A DNA stretch of 64,000 nt from Callorhinchus milii (taxonomy: Eukaryota), in assembly GCF_018977255.1 (NCBI RefSeq), contig NW_024704742.1:81408001-81472000 (forward strand), read 5' to 3'. The stretch's first letter is position 1; every line of letters begins with the position of its first letter. Shown one piece after another: positions 13,201 to 25,200 of the stretch. A program made the translations under genes and the position numbers. The notes under the pieces are model-generated. The model did no database searches, had not been told where the DNA came from, and was given only the letters and a program-made list of their open reading frames with translations.

Positions 13201-16200
13201 GTTTTGACATGTTCTTGACACGGTGCCAGTTAATACAAATCCAGGGTTACATTCATAAGATATTACACTCATGTAAGTGTAGCTATCACCCTTTACAGTG
13301 CCATTTGCTATTTGCTCTGGGGTGCTGCATGTCATTAGCTGACAGACAGGGGCCAGTGTATTCCATTCACTACTAGAAGTACAGTGTCTGGTAGCTGAAC
13401 CAACAATTTTATAGCCAAGATTGCATCTGTATTCTACTGTACTTCCAAGCATATTGCTGGTAAAGCTGGCATATCCATTTTCTGGATTAGTTGGTGGTTC
13501 GCATTCCACCAACATACAGGTTGGGGCACTTCCGTTCCATGTACCATCTTCCTGGCACATTAGGGCAGTGGGTCCTACTGTTTCGTAACCTTTGTAGCAA
13601 TAATAACTAATCATAGCTCCGCACAAAAACTCTGATGTCTCCAGGAGATCCATTGCACCAATATCCAGCGTTGGCCTATTCTTAGAAATGGAAGAAGGAA
13701 TTCCCTGTTTAGGCCCCAGGTGTGACGTGAAAAGGCTGTTTGCATCGTCGTAGTCTCCCCTTGGATCGACTGGCCTTGTGAGACTCTCGGGTTCTTCACT
13801 GTCGTAATGTCCGTCCTGGGTGTGGAGTTTATTGTACCCTCCAAAATCTATGTGCGGTGGGAGGCCACAGTCTGTAGGCACGCAGACAGGTGGATAGCTG
13901 GACCAGTAGGACTCTTCACAAGTTTGCATTGCATTTCCAACTAAATGGAAACCAGGAAAGCAACTGTAAATGATGAGGGCACCAAAGCTATAATCAGCAC
14001 CTTCAACAAAGCCATTTTCTATGGTCTGCGGTGGGTCGCATTTGATGTTTTTGCAAACAGGAGGCTCTGCGTCCCAATGACCTGTCTCTAAGCACACCAG
14101 TCTTTTCTGCCCTTCTAACTTGAATCCTCGGTTACACACGTATGTGACTGAATCTCCGTAATGCAATCTACTGAAAGTCATTGTGCCTCTTAATATGTCT
14201 GGAGGAGAAGGGCATTCAATTGGCTGGCAGAATGGCTTCCTACCTATCCATTCGCCATCCTCACCGCAGAATACGGTTGTGTTTCCTATCAAGTGGGAGC
14301 CTGGTTTGCACGTGTACAGTGCAGTGCTGAGATATGTAAGACCTTGTACATCCACAATTCCATTCTCAATGGATTCAGGCTGTGCACATTCCACTGGAAT
14401 ACACTCTGGTTCCGGCAAACTCCAGGCTCCATCGCCCAGGCAAGTCCTGAATGACTCTTCCTTCGGTACAAATCCATCCACACAAGAGTAGTTCACAACA
14501 CTACCGAAGTGAAGAGTGGAAATTAAAGAATCAGCAAATGGTATATCAGGAGGCTGACCACAAAGTACAGCTTTACATGTCGGTATGGAATCATTCCATT
14601 GCTGAATGGACATGCACCGTAAAATTGAGGGCCCCTCCAAAATATACCCATCAATACATTGAAGCTGAATGATTCCACCATTGCTGCTCAGCTCTTTGAC
14701 AACAAGATTTATTTCCTGCAGAAGTGGCTCTGGACACTTTAATGGAATGCATTTTGGGGGTTGATCTCCACTCCATCTGCCATTTTCCTGGCAGATCAAA
14801 ACCGCATCTCCCAAGACCTTGTAACCTTCATCACAATGACTTTCAACCCGTGCGTCAAGGCCAAAGTTGCTCCCCTCAAAATATCCATGTTTTATAGCTG
14901 GAGGTGCCCCGCAGTTCACGAGGACACAGAATGGAGGTGACTCAATGGACCATTGCCGATTGGCCTGGCAAACACGGACCGAAATACCCACCAGTCGAAA
15001 GCTATGATTACAATAATATCTTATTTCACTTTCAAAGATCGTGCCATTCTTGATCTGTGGACAGAAGAAAATATCATCATCATAATAATAATAACCCTTG
15101 CATTTGTAAGTGAGAAGAAATGAATAATTCATTCAAATGAATCTTATACTGCTTATATATTACATGGTCACCAGCACTTTCATGGGTCACAGGATCTTTT
15201 ACACCAGAAAATTCTGGATTACCTATCTTTTCATTCCACACATGCTTGGAACTTACTAAGTATCTGAATCATATTGTAAGCTTTGTAGATGGTCGGATCC
15301 TTGGAACAGATTTCTTTTTCTCCGATAATTTGACAGCAAAACAAACAATAGCTGAGCCAGTGAAACATGGCTGATTGTCAGACAATTTTGCTCTCAGGCT
15401 TTTTTCCAGGTTAACCAATATTTAGTCAGTGTTGATGGGGAAAACATCTGCTGTCACTGGTAAACCCAGACTGTAAAAGTTGCATTCATATCTCTCCTAG
15501 CTACCTTGTTTTTCTGGTGACTATGATGGACTGATAATAATTGCATCCAGACTGTTGTGATCAAAAATGAATTACTATTTAAATTATTGTTTTAGTTAAA
15601 TTAGGTATGTGAATGCTTGTTGGCTTGTGTCAGACTCACCTATAGAATTATAATCCTAATTAAATTAAGATGAGTTATAGAAGCTCTATTTAAGTGCGAC
15701 AGGTGTTATGGGTAGCTGGTATAACTCTGAACAAAATGTTATGAGATAATGTTGTGCTTTGAAGAGTTAAATTATCTAAGATAGAAGTGAAATTGTTAGT
15801 GCAGCTGTAGTTTGTTGTGTTAATTGTTAAATGTTCTGTATTATCAGCCTAGGCCCAAAGCTGACCTGATTAAGCGGTCATCAGGTGGGTGAAGGTGTGC
15901 ACTTATCAGCCTAAGGTAAAAAAAACACACTATTATATAAAAGTATAGCTGAGCCCTTCAGTTCAGTGGTCAGTTCAGTTTGAATGTTTAGTCCGAGTTA
16001 GTGAGAGAGCGACTACATCTTATGCTCCTCCTAGAAGGCAGAACTTCTACTCGAGGTTCTGTGACTTGAGTCACTCGACTGTCCAGTATTCCAGCAACAT
16101 CAGAATGAGAAAGAAGAAAAGAACAAAGGTCGACGATACCAGAACACAGCTGCCACTCATCTGCAAGAGATTCAACATCCACCTCATCAGCATTCCCAAA

Positions 16201-19200
16201 CAAGAGAAGCAAGGAAAGCGCTGCTTATGGACTTTGATATTCTCACTTTCGTAACCTGCTATACATGAGCATAACAGCACAATATTGTCGATCGGAACCT
16301 GTCTATTGTAACCCTGATTAGTGAACCAATACAAAAACTATATGTGTTTCTGCATTATTAAGCAAATGAGCTGTGGAACATGAAATACAAGTGACTTTTG
16401 TTCCCCTGTTCATCATGAATTCCCAATTTAAAATTTGAGCTTAACTGAACAAGGTGCTCTTTTCTGGCCATGCTATTTGTCCCAGGCTTTAACAGAGTGG
16501 TTAGTTCCATTGCTGGGGGCACCTTTGAACTTAAAGTGGGATGCATGAAATTCTCAATTTGTTTTGGATACTCTTAAGCATGGTAATGGGTTTCCGCATT
16601 TGTTGGTCACCTGCTAACCAAAAAAAAATCTACCTTCATTATGTTTTGTCGCAGTTTTGTTAAAATTACCAAGTTTTTAAAAAGCATTTTAAATGAGCCT
16701 CTTAAAATCATCTCTGTTTAGACTAAATGTCTTCTAAAATCAACCGCTGGACATAAAATAACAATAACAACAAAATGACATTTGTATAGCGCCTTTCACG
16801 TCGGGAGGACATCCCAAGGCGCTGGACAGACAGAGTTATGGACCCGAGCTGAAGGTCAAGGTGGAGGGTAGCAACAACTTGCACGTATATATATATAAAT
16901 AATAATCCTTGCACTTGATATAACGCTTTTCACGTCTTCTAGACGTCCCAAAGCGCTTCACAGAATATACTGTAAAGTGAATTGACTGTATATTTGTGGG
17001 TGAACGCGGCAGTCAATTGCACACAGCAGTGTCCCACAAACAGTCGTAGATTGAAAATGACCAATTTATTATTGTTTTGTTTTTTTGGAGGGATTTTTAT
17101 TAGGCGTGTGGAGTAAGGAAACTTGCCCAAGGTTTCGCCCTGTCTGGAATTGAACTCAGGTCTCTCGCTTGCAAAGCGAGTGCTCTAACCACTGAGCTAC
17201 AGGACTCCAAATATATATATATATTACAGAAAATATATTATAATATATATAGTGCCCTCCACGCAGGGTAGTGTCTCAGAGCGCTTAAAAATATTTATTC
17301 TATAAGGCTTAGTTTAGTTATTATTGAGCTGCAATCAACCTTTTGAAATATTTTCAATTTCCATGTTGTTGGCTTGTAAAATGTGATATGACACGTGACA
17401 ATGTACTCAAACCCTAGAGATGGCCAATTGATAACTTAATTGGTTGACATCCTCTCCTACCCCCACAAACATCGATATGGACATGTCCAGAAACTGAATG
17501 TCTCACAGTGTGATAAATATTACCAGTATAACAAGTGTCACATCACGTACCACATTTTTCACCCCATATAAAGAAAAACTTGAAAATTGTAATCAACTTT
17601 TATTTTGAGGATGAAATTAGAGAGGGATCATTTCATATGGTTTCTGTGAATTCATTAAATATATCAATGAAAATAACACAGAGGTATAAGTCTATTCACC
17701 ACTTACTTGTACATTTCCATTACGAATCGCTGGAGGGATGCCACAGGTCACTGGCAGGCAGCTGGGCAGAAGACCGCTCCAATCTCCATTAGCCTTGCAG
17801 GTTCTCTTCTTATTGTCCTTCACGTAAAACCCTGTGTTACAGGTGTACGCCACCACTGCTCCAAAGCTGTAGTTAGTTCCGCTCACGTGCCCTCGTTCGA
17901 TGTTTGGCGGTTCTCCACAACGAATGGGAATACACTGAATACTTAAGGGAGATGGTGTCCAATTGCCACCTCTGACACACTCAATGACAGCAGAAGTATT
18001 TAACACAAAGCCTTCCGTGCATTTGAAACTGACCTGAGAACCAGCGGCAAATTTCACTTTATTAATCGACTCCAAAATAGCATAAGGTACAGAGAGTGGC
18101 TTGTCACAGAAAATTGCTATACAGTAAGGCGCAGCCACACCATCTGGAGGAGCCCATTGTCCTTTTGAATTGCAGATCAGCTGTGAATTCCCTGCAATGC
18201 TGTACCCATCCATGCAGAAGTAGATTGCCACATCTCTATATAACTGATGGCCAGTCTCAGGTAACGCATGGTCAATATTTGGAGCTGGGCCACATGACAC
18301 AGGGACACACTGAGGAGTACTGGGGCTCCACTGACCACTGGACAGGCACTCTTTACTGTCTGAATCTGAACCTATCAAGGTATAGCTGAAAATTAATAGA
18401 AGAAAAGTCAAGCACCATAAAAGAGTTAGCACAATTGTAAACACATATTTGAAGCTGAAATGCAGTTAAAACAAGATGTACATCAAATACTAATAAACAA
18501 GTTATTTTTTTCAATGTTTCATCGTTTCATATTTCGCTTTAGCCGATTTAATTCCAGCAGTACAATTCCAAATCTGGCGGCCCCAAGCACTGGCTCTTGC
18601 TAACCTATGCATTTCATTTCAGATATGGGGAAATTTTCATGTGTAGGTGCTATACATATGTGGAATTCTCGGTCTGGTTTAGATACTCTTAAGCATAGCG
18701 ATTGGTTCCTGGAGTGTGGCTGACCAAGAAGAAAACACTTAGATTACAGACATCCATTCATAAAGTGCCATTTTTTGTTAACTGTAATTATAGTTTCCTG
18801 ATTAGCATCCTTGGTCATTATTAGTATACATAGGTTACCATCTATTTTCTCTCCCCTCCTCTATTGTGGTTACTTGGATATCATGAAACCTCAGATATAT
18901 CTTCCAAGTGACCATTCTTTATGCATGAATTTAGACTCTAGGTATAGTTGGATACTGTTATAACACAGTGGTTGGGTTTACAAAACGAGTCACGGAGTAA
19001 TAATGGGTCGGGTTATGATGAGCACACCATTCAACTCTTTACAGTCATCAGGTCACTGACAACAAAAGACAATAATAAATTGGTCACTTCAATCCACGAC
19101 TGTTTGTGGGACACTGCTGTGTGCAATTGGCTGCCATGTTTCACCCACAAATATACAGTCAATTCACTCTGCAGTCTATTCTGTGAAGTGCTTTGAGACG

Positions 19201-22200
19201 TTGAGAAATCGCTATATCAAATGCAAGGATTATTATTATTATTACATTGTTGATTACATTATGGAGCTACGCTAAGCAAAAACATAAAGCTGGTCAGAGA
19301 CAACGGCTCTCATGAGCATTTACTGGGAAGCTGCTGAAGTCTGCTCGTCACTGCTGGGAGCTGGAAGGGTATCGCGATGTCCAGGGTATGACAGTGTTAC
19401 ACACAGCCCCACAGTGTACTGGAGTGTGATATAACCGGGGTCGCACTGATATGAGTGTCAGCACACTATTTGACACTGAAGGAAATCACAAACTCAGTTT
19501 CAACACAAGTTACTGAATGACTATCAGGAACAGGAATGCTGCCTGATTTTCCCTTTCCTTAGCCAGATAACTTTGAGGCCAACTACCGTCAAAGAGATCG
19601 GGTAAGAGCACAGAATGCAGAACCGAGACCGTGAGCTGGTGATGAATTTTCTATAATCATACATTTTAACATACAATGGTCTTAAAGGTTAAAACAAGGA
19701 ATTCTGCACTGTCGATGGCTCCGCTGTTTGGGAATGTCAACAGGATAGCATGCTTGAAGTAAAATCTAATAGCCTTACCCCTCGTTGCAGCTATAAGAAA
19801 TTCTATTTCCAAAAGTGAAGTTGCTTCCTTTAATGTCAGCATCAAAAACTATTGGAGGAGGGCCACACCATATAATGTCACACGCTGGTGCCGTATCATT
19901 CCATTCACCATCCACATCGCACACCAATACAGAGGAGCCCTGTAATCTTCAAGGGTGCAATTAGTTCAGAACAGGCCTAGTCAGCCACATTTTTAAATCA
20001 AGTTGCTAAAGTTTAATTTCTATTCACGTATCTTTGCTTTCTGTTGGAATAAATCAGCGACATAAGTACAATAATTCAGTCGGGAGGAGACAGTGGAAGA
20101 AAATGTAGTATTTGGAAACCGTCCAGAAATGACTGAGAACAAAACTGATAATTTACAATTTGTGCATTCACATGACAAATTCATTAAAAACTATATTTGT
20201 TTGAGAATCAGGATTCCCACTAGACTTAAGTCTGTGATATTGGAGGTCAGGTACACATACTTTTCAGCTTAATGTCAAACTTTTTCAATTTATATTCTTT
20301 CAGCTAAAAGTTCTGCAAACACAACATAATTGGTGTTTGAAGCAGATAGTATAGATGCCCTTAAGAGGAAGTTAGATAAGCACATGAGACGGAAGAGAAT
20401 AGAATAGTTTGGGAGGGAGTAAGCAGTGGGTGGAGACTTATGTGTAGTGTACACACCAGGATGGACGTGTTGGGCTGAATTGCCTGTTTATGCTATGTAA
20501 ATTTTTATTATTGTTTTCAAAAATAAGATGTAGAACCTCAAATCTTTGGAAAATAGATTTGATTCCTTCAGGACTGCAATGACTCTGAGACGGGCTCAGC
20601 AGATCCCAAGTGCTGACTTACTGATATCCATCATTGCAGGTGTATGTAACGGTGGAGAGGAGGTCGGACCCATTCAAATAGTATCTGCCATTGTTAATCT
20701 CGTGTGGAGTAGGGCACATCACGGGTTTACAAGTAGGTATTTCTTCGCTCCAAGTACGATTTGCTAAACAAGAGATTTCTCTTGCTCCAGACAACATGTA
20801 TCCCTTATTACAACTGTATAGGAGAAAAAGCAACATTTAGTTTGTTTGTATGAAAGGATATGAGAGAAAATCTGGCAAATATTTCACAAATAACTCAAGA
20901 GAGAAATTTATGAATTTGAATTTAAAGTGCAAAATATTCTACTGCCTTGATTACATTCTTGAGTTTTTTTTTCATTCTGATTCATACAAAAGCTAAATTA
21001 TTAAAAGGAAAAATCTAGACGTGCAAGAACAAGCTGATGAATACAATAAAAATTGCAAACGTATCACTTGAATGAAACTAAAGTGCTGTAATATTATATT
21101 GTCATATAACAAAATAAATAATCCAATCATTTGATGCAGTGCTTTTCACATTAAGGAGGATGTTTCAATGTGCTTCACATGATTCACTGTAAAATGTAGT
21201 GACTGTTTATTTTTGTTGGAGAAAGCAGCAACCAATTTGTGCACAGCAATGTCTGTGAACCCACAGCAGAATTTCAGAAAGCTATAAAATGAGTGAGCAA
21301 TTTTTTGGGGGGTTTCTTGGCTAGGATATTGTGAAACAAAGCTCTCTTTGAGTTGTGCCCAATGATCTTTAATGTCCACCTCAATAGGCAGATGAAACCT
21401 CAGTTTATTGTCTTATCCAAAGGGAGGCATCTCAAACAATGCACATGATAACATAATATAAATGGATGACATTATGTATAATAATAATCCTTGCATTTGA
21501 TATAGCGCTTTTCACGTCTTCTAGACATCTCAAAGCGCTTCACAGAATATATTGTAAAGGTAATTGACTCTATATTTGTGGACGAAACGCGGCGGACAAT
21601 TACGCACAGCGGTGTCCCACAAACAGTCGGTGGATTGAGTGACCAAATTGTAAAACATTGTAAAAGGAAGTGCACGTACAATGGGAAATAACAGAAGCTA
21701 GGAGATAGATGCCTTAGATTCCTGGCAAGCTTCAGCTCTGTTTGTAACTGTTCTCTCTGCCTGCTCTCCGGAACAAAACTATCATTGCTCTGTATTGGAG
21801 CGTCAGCCTAGACTGTGTTCAAAGTCCCGAAATGTGGCTGGCTCAAACTCACAACTTTCTCAGAAGTGAGAATGCTATCAACTGAGCCAGGCTAACAATT
21901 AATTTCAATTCGAGAGAACTGGATAGTGATCAGGAATAGGAATCCAGGCGGATTATTCCCCCTGCTCTGCTTTGTTTGTTTCCGGGCACACAGGTTGCTG
22001 CCATTGTTACACCAATTTTACGTTCGTCTTTCTCACAGGGATAAGGGAGAGCTGAGGTAGAGGATAATGACACAAAGCTCTCTTGTAGCCCTCCAAGTGT
22101 CAAATCAAGATGCAACTTCAGCAGGAACGGGTCACATGTCTGTTTTGCACCCTGGCAAACAGTGTGCAATATAATGTAAAACGGGAAGGGAGGAAAATGG

Positions 22201-25200
22201 GGACAGAAATATACAAAACAGTAGGGGGCGCATGGTCAACTTTCATTTGATACTCACTATCTAGGCTGATACATTAAGTCTGAATACGTATGATAACCAT
22301 AAATAGGGTGGGGAACTGCAGAGCTGCAGAAGGGGGTGGGGGGTGCAGTGGAGACATGTTGAGGTGGGTGGTGGATGGGATAGTGCTAGGAAGGCGAGAG
22401 AAATACTTGTACCTGAAAGTCACCATACTGCCATAGGTAAGATTATTGCCTTCAGTTATACCATTCTCTGGAACAGCGGGTTCCTCACAGGAGAGAGCTT
22501 GGCAGGAGGAAGAAAAGGGACATCTTTCAAATGAAGAATCTAAACTTTGAAACGAAAGGTATAACGTACAGATGCAAGAACTGATTGAAACCATATCATT
22601 ATACAATTTGACCAAAAATATGCAAACATCGAGTATGCGTTATGATGTGTTAATTACATTGATAACCAATCCGGTGATTTGATTTATAATAATGAACTGG
22701 TCACTTCCTGTTTGCTGCGCATACAGAGTAAACAGGAGGCGACATTGACAGCTTCTTTTCGCTGTGCAAGTGATGAGCTGGTTGGTTGCATGTGGCCACA
22801 ACAAAACTGGCCACAGCCCTCATTTTAGTGCATGTTGGGGCATTATGGATCCCAACCACCACATTAAAACAAGGCTGTACTATGTTATGACAATAAATAA
22901 ACCTAAATCCTGGTTGCAGTTTAAAGTCTTCCTTATTATCTAGGCGCACTAATGTTCTTCCCTCTGTTTAGCACATAAAACAACTGCAGCTCCATACCTT
23001 GACACTGAGGTATTGGGTTGTTCCATTGCCCATCCTCTAAACATGTAATGTTCTGAACACCTTCCCGCTGATATCCAGCCTCACAGGAAAAGGTCACTAC
23101 ACTGCCAACGATGTAGACACTGCCTTCAGACAATCCATGCTCGGGTAGCTCTGGATATTGACAACTAATTGGCTCTGAACAGCAGCATCGGGGGGGGTGG
23201 AAAACCTCAAGTTAGTTCTGCATGGCATTAAAGAAGAGTCACTCTATGAAAATTGCCCAAATATTAGATAAATAGTTCTTCAATTGACTTACAAATCAAT
23301 TGAAGATTATCACTACACTGAAACAACAACTGTGAATCATTTTTAGAAAGCTATATCAAATGCAACAATATTATTATTGCTGTTGTGAATTCATCTTTCT
23401 GAAGTACTGCTGTGCATTCACAATGCTACTTTTCCCAGTAGCCCAGTAAACATATATTAAACTAAGCAAAATCTGAAGCACGAATACTACCTGAACAGTT
23501 TTTACCATCCCCTGAATACGGATGCCGGCATGTACACGAGTATGAGCCAACCGTGTTGATGCACTCAGACCTCACATCACAGTCTGACCCCAGTGCGCAT
23601 TCATCGAGATCTGAAAACACAATAGGAAACATCAACCCTCCACGGTGTTAGGTAATGGGGGAGGAAGTGTATTAGCACTTATTGAAAAGACTGTCTGTTG
23701 TGTAAATACACATGTGCATTGTGCTTCACATGTAAACCCATGTGTAGAGTAAATTATAGATATCCTTAATTATGTAATCAATAACCGAAGAAGTAACAAG
23801 CACTGGATTGTAGGAAATCTGCTTTGTTTGTTGGAATTAGCTTGGGTTGTGATGGTCGAGACAGAATCCATATTAGCTTTCAAGAGGAAACTAGATACAA
23901 TTTACAATAATAAAACACCTAAACATTGTCTCTCAAAGAGCCAGCACAGACATAATAGACTGAATGACAACAACAATAATAACTTTTGTTTAATATTTGA
24001 AGAGTTCCCAACTTTGTTCAAGTCAGAGCATAAGATAAGCTATGGTGCAATATTTTTTGGACTTACCAAGGCAGACGGGCATGACACCAGCCCAGGTTCC
24101 ATCATCGGAGCAGTAGAGCTTATAATCTCCAAGCAGGTAATAGCCATTGTTGCACTGATATGACACAGCGCTGCCAAAGAGATTGTCCTCAGTAGCAAAA
24201 CTCCCATTGCTCAGGGCAGGGGGAGAGCCACAGTTAATCCCTTCAAACCAAAAACACCAAGAGTGAATAAATTCAAACATATTGATCTTTGTTTATTAGT
24301 TAGCCAATGTAAAAAATATAAATTGCTACTTATTTAACGACCAAAGAGTCTCTCTGTTTTTCAATCTACATTAGGTAGATAGTTCAATGATCAGCAGTAA
24401 GAGTTGTACAACTCTGACCCCTCTATCTTTGGTTTTCTCCACTGCTCCTTCAAAACACAACCTTTAGGAGCAAGGTTCCTATCCTAAATCATCTTTCTGA
24501 CCTGAAGATTGAACATTTTCAAGCTTCAGCTCTTTTCTATTATATAAGTCAAAAGCTAGGCATTGAAAATGTTGTTTGTTGTAATATTAATGGAAATGAG
24601 CTGTGAAAGCACATACAACATATAAATCTGCAGCTTACTTTCACAATGGGGAATTGGGTACCTCCATGCTCCCAGATTCTGGCAATGCTGTACACTGTCC
24701 CCAACTAGGTGGTAGCCACGTTCACAGGAAAGCTCTACTCTTGACCCTGGCTTTACATCATTACTGGCGACCAGAAGGCTGGGCTGAGATCCACCCAGCA
24801 CAGGACAATCTGCATATGAAAGCAAACAAATATACGTGAACGGTTTATTTTTATTTTTCACAGAAGGAGGAAATTGCATATTTACTTTTGTTGGAAAAAA
24901 AAGGCAGTTGACAAAAAAGATACATTTTAACTCAATTAATTCTATGCACCACACCTATGCCGTTACCAATTAAGGGCTTATTTTAATGAGAACGGAAATT
25001 ACCAGCGCAGAAAATGCTCCTGGAGTCTATCTTCACTCTTCCGACAATTCCAGACAGAAAGTCAGGCCAAGCCAACACGTTACCTTTTTTGAGATCTTCT
25101 GGACAGGCTGTGGCTAATAACTTGATCTGAAATTTACAGAAAGATTAAGCACATGTTTCTAAAACATAGAATGACTGCTTTTTCTGTACAACTGTACCTG

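Noticed and set aside
12395..14672. Plus-strand and alternate-frame ORFs over the giant exon
   Set aside because: Shadow ORFs of SVEP1 with no independent motifs
17142..17208. tRNA-Ala(TGC)-like gene
   Set aside because: It is the head of a SINE, continuous with the SINE body and tail
18354..18370. SDSDS apparent 2-codon micro-duplication in a CCP
   Set aside because: In-frame slippage in a loop with no evidence of function
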